Below are positions 40,553-50,042 of a DNA stretch of 64,000 bases, one piece after another. Under the pieces are notes generated by a model. The model was not told the DNA's origin. It made no database searches and worked only from the letters and a program-made list of their open reading frames with translations. Every line of letters starts with the position of its first letter. Positions within the stretch are counted from its first letter, which is position 1. The stretch spans positions 291,749-355,748 of the forward strand of contig CAWEKG010000003.1 in the NCBI GenBank assembly GCA_963809595.1, in the 5' to 3' direction. This stretch comes from an uncultured Chloroflexia bacterium. Its GTDB lineage: Bacteria > Chloroflexota > Limnocylindria > Limnocylindrales > CSP1-4. Position numbers and translations under genes: made by a program.

Positions 40553-41469
40553 CCACCCTGCTCGTCGGCGGAACCGGCCACCTCGGTCCCGGACTCATCC
40601 GCCTGCTGAGCGCGAACGGGCGCGGGCCGCGGGTCCTGACGCGCGATCCGGCGCGAGCCCGCGGAGTCCTGGGCGATGGCGTCGAACTGGTGGCCGGGGA
40701 CGTCCGCGATTCCGTGAGCCTGACCGGAGCGCTGGAAGGGGCCACAACGGTCATCTCGGCGTTCAGCGGCTTCGGCGATCCGAAGGGACCCGGTCCGCGG
40801 GCGATCGACCGGGACGGCAACATCGCGCTCATCCGCGCGGCTCGTCTCGGTGGCGTCGAGCACTTCGTGCTGCTGTCCGTCACGCAAGCCTCGCCAGACC
40901 ATCCGATGGAGCTCATGCGCTCCAAATACGCGGCCGAGCAGGAACTCAAGTCGTCCGGTCTCGCCTGGACGATCATCCGACCGGCGCTCTACATGCAGAC
41001 CTGGCTCCACACTGCCGCCGACCCGCTTGTTGAGACGGGCCGGACGCGGGTCTTCGGTCGGGGCGACAACCCGCTGAACCTCGTTTCGGCCGATGACGTC
41101 GCCCAGATCGTCGAGCTCGCGCTCGTCGATCCAGCTCTGCGCGGCGCCATGCTGGAGGTCGGCGGCCCGGAGAACGTGTCGATGAACCAGCTACTCACCA
41201 CCGTCGAGCGGGTGACCGGCCGGTCTGGTCGGGTGGATCACGTCCCGCTGCCGGTGCTCCGGCTCATGTCGAATTTATTGCGCCCGATCCGCCCGGCGCT
41301 GGCGGGCCTGATCGGCGCGGCCGTCGTGATGGACACGCGGGACATGTCATTCGACGCCTCGGCGACGGCGCGGCGCTTCCCATCCATCACCCCGACCTCG
41401 CTTGAGGCCGTCGTCCGCGGGCTCTATGACCCCGATGGGCAGGCGAGCGGCGCCACGGTCCGGGAATGA
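40549..41469 (+). CDS. NAD(P)H-binding NmrA-like/atypical SDR family protein
   Basis: N-terminal GxxGxxG (LLVGGTGHLG) and NmrA-like features. Overlaps the preceding gene (ATGA). Confidence 0.75.
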   Translation: MTTLLVGGTGHLGPGLIRLLSANGRGPRVLTRDPARARGVLGDGVELVAGDVRDSVSLTGALEGATTVISAFSGFGDPKGPGPRAIDRDGNIALIRAARLGGVEHFVLLSVTQASPDHPMELMRSKYAAEQELKSSGLAWTIIRPALYMQTWLHTAADPLVETGRTRVFGRGDNPLNLVSADDVAQIVELALVDPALRGAMLEVGGPENVSMNQLLTTVERVTGRSGRVDHVPLPVLRLMSNLLRPIRPALAGLIGAAVVMDTRDMSFDASATARRFPSITPTSLEAVVRGLYDPDGQASGATVRE

Positions 41470-41556
41470 TCACCGGCGTAAGCCCATTCCCCGGCGGGCC
41501 AGCATCGGACAGAAGTCAGGAAGCCGGCCTCGCGGCCGGCTTCCGGTTGGGATTAC

Positions 41557-41631
41557 TGGAGCCGACACTCGGATTTGAACCGAGGACCTGCTGTTTACGA
41601 AACAGCTGCTCTACCGCTGAGCTATGTCGGC
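41557..41631 (-). tRNA. tRNA-Thr (anticodon CGU), with encoded CCA
   Basis: Folds into a cloverleaf: acceptor GCCGACA/TGTCGGC, D-arm GCTC-AGCGGTA-GAGC, anticodon arm GCTGT-TTCGTAA-ACAGC, T-arm CTCGG-TTCAAAT-CCGAG, discriminator T, then CCA. Confidence 0.9.
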
Positions 41632-41990
41632 GCCGATCAAGAATAGCCGATGCTCAGGGACATCAGCTATTCGCGCTTATGCGAACACGTTTGACATCGT
41701 GCTCAAAACCCTGGCACAACGCTCGAACAGCTGATGACTATTTGACGAACCTCCGGCTCGTCCCAGGAGACAAGAACGCTCGTTCTATAGCAGCGACCTC
41801 GCTCGAGGGTCAGCCGCCCGACGAACGAGCCGCTGGCTTCGAATCAGGTGCCAAACCCAAATCCAGGTCAGAGGAAATTCTGCGATGGCGTCTGACGACG
41901 TCGGCCGACTCCTGTCGGCGCGCTTCTGAACACTTGTTTTGTTCTGCGTGGGCTCTATGGGCGAGGCCGCTTGCTGATCAGCCGACGGGG

Positions 41991-43668
41991 TCAGCTGCCC
42001 TGCTTGCACTCCGTCTTATCGACCCACGTCGTGCAGACCGCGATCTCGATGCGCAGGGGCGACTCGGGGTGGAGGGTGATCTGTCCGCCGAGCGGCGGCT
42101 GCTGGAACAGGTAGAGCATCCCGCCGTCATCGAGGCGCTGCTTGCCGAGTATCTCCATGCCCAGGGTCGCTAGCCGCTGATCCCAATACGCTTCCACCTC
42201 GTCCTCCGAGGCCGTGCTGGCCAGGAAGAGGATGCAGTTGTTCGGCAGAGCGGGGTAGGTATCGGTCTCCGAGGAGCCGGGCAGGCCCTGCGCCAGCTGG
42301 CGCGCCGTCTCGATGCATACTCCGGCCGATCCGCTGGGGCCGGCGCTGGCGGCCTCGCTGGGGCCCTCGCTGGGGCTCGGCGACGCATTCGGCGTGTGGT
42401 ACATGACGTCGAGGAGGGCGAAGCCCGATGGTCGCATCACCATATTCAGCGTCGGCTCCATAGCCTGGTACAGGGCCTTGACGGTCGATCCGGCGGGAGA
42501 GCCGGCGGCGTCCCCAAGCAGGATCGACTTTGACGACCGCGGCGAGGGCGGTCATCTCGGCTCGATCGACCCACGCGTTGACCCACATCTGGGCGGTCAC
42601 CGGATCCCCGTTGTCCGCAGTGTCTTTGCTTTCGGTTGCCGTCTGGTAGGTCAGCGCGGCAACGCCGGTGTCGTCGACCTGCGATTGCCCGGCAACATCG
42701 GTGGCGTGCGCGCCCAGGCCGCTGGAGTCCCAGACGACCGACGACCCCTCGACCGGGACCGACGCCAGCTGGGCATCGGCCAGCGAGGCACAATCGGCGA
42801 CGTCGTCGGCGAAGACGTCCGCGCCGGAGAGCACGGTCAGGTCGACCTCGCCCTCGACCGGGTCCTGGCCCTCGATGCCGTAGGCGACGGCGGCCGGGTC
42901 GGGCACCAGGCTCACCGTCCACGGCCGAGCCAGGCTCGTTGCGTAGCTCAGGAGCGCAAGCGCGCCGATGGTCTTTTGGAGCAGCCCGGGGTTGTCCTTG
43001 TACTGCGGCGCGTAGAGGTCGATCAGCTGCTTCAGCCACGCCGGCGGGTCCGCCGTGGAGTTGACGATGCCGTTCAGCGCATCGGACAGGTAGGCCGAAA
43101 TCTCGGCGCAGTAGCCCGAGCTGGAGACCAACCGGATGGATGCACCGGAACTCACGGCGCCGCTGCCGCCGTCGACGTCGGCCACAAAGGCGACCAGAGC
43201 GAGCGTCGGGAAGACCTTCGCCGTCGGCTCCAATGCGCCGCCCGTACCGACGAGGGATGCGGCCAGGGTTGCTCCCGGGGTGGTTCCCGCAGCGGCCCAG
43301 GCGGCGATGAGCGCACTGACCGGCCCGCCGCCGCCGGCAGAGGTCAACGCGTCGAGGTCCGCGCCTTTCGTGCCACCCCCACCCGCACGTTCGAGGGCGA
43401 GGTTGCGGACCTGGAGGCGGAGGAGCCGGACCGCCGACCGTTTGCCCGTGACGGCCGCGATGGGAGCAGCATCGGACGGCCGAACCCGGGTCTCGATGCC
43501 GAGTCTGGCGAGATCGTCGACCGCTTGCTGCACATCTGCCTGGCTGAATGCCCCCGCGCCCGGGGTCGGACCCGGGGAGGACGCACCGCCGGATCCCGTC
43601 CCCGATGGGGTCGAGCTGCAACCCGCCAGGATCACGAGCGTCATGGCGCCGGCCAGCAGCGTCCTCAC
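41991..43668 (-). CDS. large lipoprotein of unknown function, apparently frameshifted near 42470
   Basis: Signal peptide plus lipobox LAGCSS. The body is in the 42127..43794 frame up to ...AVVKVDPAW. The protein-like continuation (DAAGSPAGSTVKALYQAMEPTLNMVM... to ...KQGS*) is in the 41991..42461 frame. The switch falls in a GGGG run. Confidence 0.55.
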
Positions 43669-43708
43669 GCGGGATCGGTGCCGAGGATCCGCGCCAGATC
43701 TGTTCACG

Positions 43709-44278
43709 TCAGTGGATCGCGGCGAGCACCGCCTGTGCGACGGCGACCGCGTCGTCCTTGCGGTCCTTGCCCGAGGGATCGTAGATGTCGACATAGAGTG
43801 CGCCCTGGTCCGGCGAGAGCTTCACCGTGAGGTAGGTTTCGTCCGAACTCGGATGCACCACGAAGGCCGCCGCTCCCAGCCCGGAGACGTCCTCCTGGCC
43901 TGGAGCTGGTACACCGCCGCCGACGCCCGTGTCGCTGGAAGCGAGGGTGACCTGGAGTTGGATCGTCCCATCGGAGTACGTGCATTCGTACGGAGGAAAC
44001 GTCTGGCTTTTCGGCGGCGGAGCGCTGGGGACGACCCCGGCGGCGAGATCAGGGGTCACCAGAGTGCACACGTCGGTCACCTTGCTGGCCGCGTCGACCA
44101 GGGACGTGCCGCCGTCTCCGCCAGTCGTCGACGGCTGGGTCTCGGCCGAGGGTTGCGACTCGCTCGAAGGCTGCGACGCCCCGGCCGACTGGTCCGCGCC
44201 CGCAGGCGGGTTCGCCGTCGAAGCCCCGCAGGCCGATAGCATCAAGCCGACGAGACCAACCATCACTATGCGCTTCAT
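43709..44278 (-). CDS. DUF3558-like actinobacterial lipoprotein
   Basis: Lipobox LSAC after MKRIVMVGLVGLMLSAC, an S/Q/P-rich linker and a conserved CTLVTP block. RBS GAGGA before the ATG. Confidence 0.65.
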   Translation of the reverse strand: MKRIVMVGLVGLMLSACGASTANPPAGADQSAGASQPSSESQPSAETQPSTTGGDGGTSLVDAASKVTDVCTLVTPDLAAGVVPSAPPPKSQTFPPYECTYSDGTIQLQVTLASSDTGVGGGVPAPGQEDVSGLGAAAFVVHPSSDETYLTVKLSPDQGALYVDIYDPSGKDRKDDAVAVAQAVLAAIH

Positions 44279-44387
44279 GGCATCCTCAGCCCTGCGGCGA
44301 CCGCGCCGCTGCGAATGATGCTCCAGACAAGTGTGCCCGTTTGTATCAGCCCGCCACGCTCGTAGCACTGCGCTGAGGGCGAGAGAC

Positions 44388-44424
44388 TTACGAAACGGCT
44401 GCTCTACCGCTGAGCTATGTCGGC
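44388..44424 (-). repeat. 5' half (nt 1-37) of tRNA-Thr(CGU), followed by a non-tRNA sequence with a conserved motif
   Basis: GCCGACATAGCTCAGCGGTAGAGCAGCCGTTTCGTAA (minus strand). It diverges after the anticodon loop into GTCTCTCGCCCTCAGCGCAGTGCTAC...CTGATACAAACGGGCACAC, shared with the copy at 48286-48322. Its upstream flank is homologous to the region upstream of the intact tRNA. Confidence 0.75.
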
Positions 44425-44593
44425 CCGGGTTTCACGCTCAGTCACACCTATGACTGGCGATTCCAACGAATCCACTGCGCGACCGCAATGGCGATACAAC
44501 GAGAGTCTTCGAGACCTACGACGACGTCCGGCCGTGCCGATGTTAGCGCACCCGGCGATTCGTCCTACAGAGCGACCTCGTTCGCGCGCGCTG

Positions 44594-45187
44594 TCAAGCG
44601 AGTGGTAGTCGCCTCTCAAGCCACGTTGCAAGGAGGTCCGACACTAGGCTGACTGCTTCCTCGCTCGTCCGACCTGCCTCTTGGAGCGAGCCGATGACCC
44701 ATCGACCGAACACAGTCAACACCACCGCCACGGCATCCTCGTCCGAAGACAGCGGTCCGAGCGCCGTGCGGACGAGCGCATCGAGCTGTAGGTAGAATTG
44801 GGCCTCGGCATCGGCCCAGAACGAGACACCAGGGCCTTCACGTTGCGACGCGCGATACCACGACTCGCTTCGATCGAAGAACGCCGACAACTCCCGGACG
44901 AGGAGATCGACCCGATCTCGCAGCCCCACGACCCCGTCGAATATTTCCGGCGTCGGCATCCGTAGTTCACTCAAGATCTCCCCGGTGACCTCGGTCGCCA
45001 GCGCGGCGGCGGACCCGAAGTGGTTGGCGACCGTCCCCGGAGCGACATCGGCTCGCCGGGCGATGTCGAGCATCGTCGTCGACGAGACGCCCCGCTCCTG
45101 GTACAGCTCCAGGGCCGCGGCGACGATCCGGCGGCGCGTATCCGCCTGCTGCACCGCCCGCTTCCCGAGCTCGTACTTCCTTGGCAA
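44594..45187 (-). CDS. TetR-family transcriptional regulator
   Basis: TetR HTH (TTMLDIARRADVAPGTVANHF). Length 197 aa. Confidence 0.8.
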   Translation of the reverse strand: MPRKYELGKRAVQQADTRRRIVAAALELYQERGVSSTTMLDIARRADVAPGTVANHFGSAAALATEVTGEILSELRMPTPEIFDGVVGLRDRVDLLVRELSAFFDRSESWYRASQREGPGVSFWADAEAQFYLQLDALVRTALGPLSSDEDAVAVVLTVFGRWVIGSLQEAGRTSEEAVSLVSDLLATWLERRLPLA

Positions 45188-45316
45188 TCGGCTGTCTCTC
45201 CAATCTATTGACTTAATGATGCATCCATTATAGCATCGTGCCGTCGACCACCGCCGACGGCCGTCTGCTCATCGCGATGGTAGGTATGTCGTCGCCCAGA
45301 GATGAGGACCTGAGGC

Positions 45317-45828
45317 ATGAATTGGGCGGAACTCTACCCGTGGCTGCTCGTATTCCACGTCTTGTGTGTGCTCGGGTTCCTCGCGATCCACGGCGTGTCG
45401 ATGGGTGTCTGGTGGCGCGTCCGTCGCGAGCGCGACCGAGTGACATTCGCCGCATGGTTCGACCTGTCGGCCGGGTTCATGACGCCGATGCTGGTCACCG
45501 GCCTCCTGCTCATCGTGAGCGGCATCGTCGTCGGGATCGCGGCAGGGTGGTGGTTCAACGGCCAGTGGTGGCTGTGGGTGTCCGTCGTCCTGCTCGCCGT
45601 CATCGTCCTGTCGATGAACTCGCTCAACGCCATCCCGATGGTCGAGATGCGGCGTGGGCTCGGGATCCCGAGCCTGGCGGACCGCGCGGCTGGCACAAGT
45701 CGTGAGGCCGGTGGACGATGCGACCCTCGACACCCTCCTGCGTGACCGCCGTCCGCTCATCGGCAGCGCGCTTGCGATCGTCGGGATCGTCGTGGTCACG
45801 TGGCTGATGGAGTCCAAGCCGTTCTGAA
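45317..45828 (+). CDS. DUF2269-like integral membrane protein, apparently frameshifted near 45690-45740
   Basis: 4-TM protein. The plausible C-terminus (...LLRDRRPLIGSALAIVGIVVVTWLMESKPF*) lies in a different frame ending at 45828. Confidence 0.5.
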
Positions 45829-45855
45829 CGACCGCTCAGTGCGGCAAGAGGATCG

Positions 45856-46446
45856 ATGATGGTGACTAGATCGCTGGTGGTGGGGGAGGCGCGAACGGGG
45901 CACGACCTCGGAGACGCTGGCCGGCGGGCCGCTCAGGCGGCGGCTGGTCTGACGATCTGTGGCGCGACGGCCCTAGCCGCGTTCTTCGCGGTCGGCGAAC
46001 CATGGGGCACACTCAACGACACTCTGTCGATCGGCTTGGCCTGGTCCACATTGCCGATCGCGATCGACCTGGCTCGGCGGCATCCGGGGTCGCGGCTCCT
46101 TGGTCTCGGCGTCGTCTCTGATCTGTTCGGCGTCACCACGACGACGCTCTTCACGTCGCTGCTGATCTCGCGCCGGATGACCTTCGAGGACAGCCTCCTG
46201 CCGATCCTCACCGGCCAGGCGTTCATCGGTGCCTGGCTCATCCTCGCGGGCGCGTGGGCCTGGTCGCACCAAGGATCCCGCCGCGTGTCGGTGCTGGGCA
46301 TCGCCGGCGGCACGGGCCTCGTGGCGACCGCCGCCGGAATCGCGACGGGCGGCATGGAGAGTCCGGTCGCAGCCGTCGGGTTCATCTCGGCCCTTGTCGG
46401 CACGACTGGCTTCTACGCGCTCCTGGGTCTCCGGCTCGCTCGATGA
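45856..46446 (+). CDS. integral membrane protein (5-6 TM), unknown function
   Basis: Hydrophobic helical composition. Tandem with a similar gene at 46555. Confidence 0.45.
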   Translation: MMVTRSLVVGEARTGHDLGDAGRRAAQAAAGLTICGATALAAFFAVGEPWGTLNDTLSIGLAWSTLPIAIDLARRHPGSRLLGLGVVSDLFGVTTTTLFTSLLISRRMTFEDSLLPILTGQAFIGAWLILAGAWAWSHQGSRRVSVLGIAGGTGLVATAAGIATGGMESPVAAVGFISALVGTTGFYALLGLRLAR

Positions 46447-46554
46447 CCGACTAGCTGAAGGAGGGCTGATCGCTTTGATCGCCGCCCGCGCCGGTCATGG
46501 CTGCTGCTCCCGGTCCTGACGCTCCAACTACACGACCTGCATGAGGAGTCAACG

Positions 46555-47118
46555 ATGGCATCAGAAAGCCTGCTATCAATGTCCGGGATGCGCCTCGCCG
46601 GGCTGGCCTCACTCGCGAGTGCCGCAGTCGCTACAGTTGCTGTGATCCTTCTGTTCGCGATGTACGGCGCTTTCGGCGTCGGGGCGGCGTCCGCCGGCCA
46701 GACGTTCGGCGGGATCAATGACGTACTCACCTTGGTCGCTTATGTGCTGGCGGTGCCGGGTGTCCTGGCGACCGCGGCTATCCTCAGGTCTTCTCGTCCG
46801 GGTCTCGTTTCCCTTGGGGCGCTCGTCGCGCTCGCGGCACTTGGCGCGATCGCTGTGCTTCAGTGGCAGCTGGTCACGGGTGCCGTGACGTTCGAGCAGC
46901 AGATCGGACCGGTCTCGGTGGCCTTCCTTGCCCTGGGTGGGTGGTACGTCCTCTCCGGCTACTTGGGCGCGGGCGTCCTCCCCTATGGTGTCGGGATCGG
47001 TGCGCTGGCCGCGCTCTACGTCGGCTATCCGGTGCTCGCCTACCGCTTGGGTCGCTCGCTGGTGGCGAGGACCGGGGGTGTTGTCCAACCGCCAAGGGCG
47101 ATTGGCGAGGTGCAATGA
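46555..47118 (+). CDS. integral membrane protein, unknown function (similar architecture to the 45856 gene)
   Basis: Ala/Gly/Leu-rich TM helices. Length 187 aa. Confidence 0.45.
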   Translation: MASESLLSMSGMRLAGLASLASAAVATVAVILLFAMYGAFGVGAASAGQTFGGINDVLTLVAYVLAVPGVLATAAILRSSRPGLVSLGALVALAALGAIAVLQWQLVTGAVTFEQQIGPVSVAFLALGGWYVLSGYLGAGVLPYGVGIGALAALYVGYPVLAYRLGRSLVARTGGVVQPPRAIGEVQ

Positions 47119-47324
47119 CAAGCGTGGGAGATCGAGTCTGGATGAGGTGACCCCATTCGTCAGACGATGACGCCTGCGGCCCGCAGCATCGATCCTGGAC
47201 GGGCGCGCCGGCGACGCAGGTCGACAGATGATGGTGCATGCCGGCGAGGGCCAAGCATCCCTTCGAGCCGTGGCTTCTTGCGGACGGGACAAGACGAGAT
47301 AGGACAAGGGGAAGGAGAATCCCG

Positions 47325-47933
47325 ATGACGATGCGGGCCGGCGAGGTCTACGAACATCCCGGCGAACGATTGGTGGTCAGAGTCGGAACTGCCGAGTCTC
47401 AGGGCCGCGAGCTGATCATCGATCTCTACGTCCCGGGCAATGCGCCCGGGGTGCCGCCTCACCTTCACCCGCAGATGGAAGAGGCGCTCACGGTCATCCG
47501 AGGCAAGGTCGAAGTCATGTCACCGGATGGAGGGTGGCGGCTGGTTGGACCCGGCGAGCGCGTCGTCATTCCGGCGAACACGGCGCACAGTTGGCGGCCG
47601 GTCGGCGAAGACATCCGGATTCTGGGAGAGGCTCGCCCCGGGGCGAGATTCGAGGAGATGTGGCGCCAGTTCCTGGGCCTGTCGATGGACGAGAAGCTGG
47701 GCCCGAAGGGAGACCACCTGCCCTTCCTCCAGGCGATGGCGATGATCCGCGAGTTCCCGGACGTTATGGCGCTGGCCGGACCGCCAGTATTCCTGCAGCA
47801 CGCGCTGGCCGCGGTCCTCGCGCCGATTGCACGGCTCCGCGGATACAGGGGCAAGTATGAGGAGTACCTGAACCGAGGACCCTCCATGACCGTCGAACTC
47901 GAGCCGCTGCCGGTCTTTCCCTTGAAGCAATAG
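47325..47933 (+). CDS. cupin-domain protein
   Basis: Strong RBS GGGAAGGAGAA before the ATG. Cupin beta-barrel motif region (GVPPHLHPQMEEALTVIRGKVEV...IPANTAHSW). Confidence 0.7.
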   Translation: MTMRAGEVYEHPGERLVVRVGTAESQGRELIIDLYVPGNAPGVPPHLHPQMEEALTVIRGKVEVMSPDGGWRLVGPGERVVIPANTAHSWRPVGEDIRILGEARPGARFEEMWRQFLGLSMDEKLGPKGDHLPFLQAMAMIREFPDVMALAGPPVFLQHALAAVLAPIARLRGYRGKYEEYLNRGPSMTVELEPLPVFPLKQ

Positions 47934-48285
47934 CGTCCATTGAGCCACTCAGCTACATAGAGCAGACCTCGAGACGGCGTATCTATTGTGCGACCCTCTC
48001 CGCGAACGATGCCGCCGTGCTGCTCGATCGTCCACCCCGGTCCCAAGTCGACACGATGGCCGGCGAACGTACGATGACTCCCACTGTGCCGAGTGGCCAA
48101 GACCCTGACTCTTGGATCAGCCTACGATCTTATGAGACGATTCCGAGTAGCTAGGGTCCGTTTGGAGGCAGGCCGGCCGCAGCGTCGATCCTAGGCGAGC
48201 ATCCACTCGAAAGCGTATAGCTGATATGTGTGCCCGTTTGTATCAGGTCTCCACTCGGGGTAGCACTGCGCAGAGGGCTAGAGAC

Positions 48286-48322
48286 TTACGAAACAGCTGC
48301 TCTACCGCTGAGCTATGTCGGC
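48286..48322 (-). repeat. second 5'-half copy of tRNA-Thr(CGU), with the same downstream motif and upstream promoter-like flank
   Basis: GCCGACATAGCTCAGCGGTAGAGCAGCTGTTTCGTAA, followed by GTCTCTAGCCCTCTGCGCAGTGCTAC...GAGACCTGATACAAACGGGCACAC. About 130 bp upstream (48323-48460) aligns with the flank of the intact tRNA (41632-41760). Confidence 0.75.
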
Positions 48323-48569
48323 GCGAGCGCCAGTATAGGTGATGCTCGTGGGACATCGGCTCTTCGAGGCTGAGGGAGTGCGCTCGCGGACTTGCGTCAA
48401 TGCCGGCGCAACGCTCGTGCAACTGATGACTGTGAGGCAGCGGCACCGGTGGTGGATCCCGTGGACGGGTCGACGCTGGTGCGGAGACGGAAGCGCCTAG
48501 CCCCGCGAGATCGGCCCTCCTCGATCGTCTCTTCGGCCCCGTCGCACGTCTGGTGCGGCTCGGGTTCGC

Positions 48570-49304
48570 TCAGCCGGGCCGGAAGTCGATCGACTGGATG
48601 ATGCGATGGAGCTCATCCCGGATCGAGGGAGACATGTCGACGGTCCGCGAGGTCTGGGCCACGAAGCGAACCCCATTGACGTCCACGATCCATGCCTCGT
48701 TGACGCGGCCTGGCGCGTCGGCAGCACCGAGCCAGAAGACCGAGTCATCCGTGACCGGTCGCCCAGCCTCCAGGTGGGCGCCGTCCCAATACCGGAACTC
48801 GGCGATCTGGTCCCGGTCGCAGTCGGTGATGTCGACGCCGTCGGCGACCGCGAACTCGATGCGGAGCCCGTCGAAGCCGTCGAGGGTGATCGGGACAGCT
48901 GGCGCCGCATCAGTGAGGTGCTGTCGGTCAAGGGCGGTCGCCAGTTCCGCGACCGACGCGCCCGCCGACGGGTCGACCGGCCCCTTCTTCCAATGGCAGG
49001 GGTCCGCGTACACGTTGCCGACCAGCCAGAACCCGACCATCGCCGGGGCGGTGCCACCTCCCGCGACGGGCACTTCCTTGAAGAACAGATCGCAGCCATC
49101 CCAGCCCTCGGTCAGGGTGATCGACAGGGGAACGGGCGTCGCCTGGTCCGATGCGACAGTCCACGTCCCGGCCTCGCCTCGCACGCCCGCCGGGCATGAT
49201 GCCGTCATCGGGCTCGACCTCGGCGTCCCGGCGCACGCCGCGAGAACCACGGTCACGAGGACCAGAGCGAGCAGGGCCCGAGACATCGGGGTGACCTCCA
49301 GCAA
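48570..49304 (-). CDS. lipoprotein of unknown function
   Basis: Lipobox LAAC after MSRALLALVLVTVVLAAC. Length 244 aa. Confidence 0.55.
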   Translation of the reverse strand: MLEVTPMSRALLALVLVTVVLAACAGTPRSSPMTASCPAGVRGEAGTWTVASDQATPVPLSITLTEGWDGCDLFFKEVPVAGGGTAPAMVGFWLVGNVYADPCHWKKGPVDPSAGASVAELATALDRQHLTDAAPAVPITLDGFDGLRIEFAVADGVDITDCDRDQIAEFRYWDGAHLEAGRPVTDDSVFWLGAADAPGRVNEAWIVDVNGVRFVAQTSRTVDMSPSIRDELHRIIQSIDFRPG

Positions 49305-49445
49305 GATGGTCGCGACGGGACGGTCGCGGCCTTACACCAACGAGATGCCGTCGAAGGCCGCGCGGTTGGGTGCAAACCGAATCCCGCCGACCGGCATCTG
49401 GACAAGCGGCGCCACACTGGATCACGACCCGAGAGGGGATTCCTG

Positions 49446-50042
49446 TTGGACACGCTGGGCGCGCGAGACCGCATCGCGACATCGCCGGATGATGGCCTCA
49501 TCCGACGTGCGCGATCGGGTGACGCCGCAGCGTTCGACGCCCTGGTCGCGACCCGGGTCGATCGTTGCTATCGCCTGGCGTGGTCGATCCTGAACAGCGA
49601 CGCGGACGCGGCCGACGCGACCCAGGAGGCCTTCGTGTCCGCGTGGCGGGAGCTTCCCCGTCTGCGTGACACTTCCGCCTTCGATGGTTGGCTCAATCGG
49701 ATCGTTGCCAACGCGGCGCGGATGTCGCGGCGTCATCGCATTCGCCTCCGCGAGGTCCACATCCGTGAGGCCAGGGCCGATGGGGCGACGTTGGAAGCCC
49801 GCGAAGATCCGGCCGACCCGGCCGCCCATGCGGAGATCGATCGCGTCGCCGAGAGCGACGCGATCGGCCGCGCATTCGATCGATTGCGGCCCGAGGACCG
49901 CGCGATGCTGGCCTTGCATCACGTCGAGGAGCGACCCGTCCGGGAGATCGCCCGTTCGCTCGGCATCCCGGTCGGCACGGCCAAGTGGCGTCTCCATGCC
50001 GCGCGACGGGCGCTGGAGAAGGCGATGGAGGCCGAGTCGTGA
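49446..50042 (+). CDS. ECF-family RNA polymerase sigma factor
   Basis: Region 2 (DATQEAFVSAWRELPRL...) and region 4 (ERPVREIARSLGIPVGTAKWRLHAAR). TTG start. Length 198 aa. Confidence 0.85.
   Translation: MDTLGARDRIATSPDDGLIRRARSGDAAAFDALVATRVDRCYRLAWSILNSDADAADATQEAFVSAWRELPRLRDTSAFDGWLNRIVANAARMSRRHRIRLREVHIREARADGATLEAREDPADPAAHAEIDRVAESDAIGRAFDRLRPEDRAMLALHHVEERPVREIARSLGIPVGTAKWRLHAARRALEKAMEAES

Noticed and set aside
44325-48322. Group I (or other) intron interrupting tRNA-Thr after the anticodon, to explain the two 5'-half tRNA copies
   Set aside because: The 5' exon would end in U36 as group I introns require. However, no matching 3' exon (ACAGCAGGTCCTCGGTTCAAATCCGAGTGTCGGC) exists within several hundred nt downstream of either copy.
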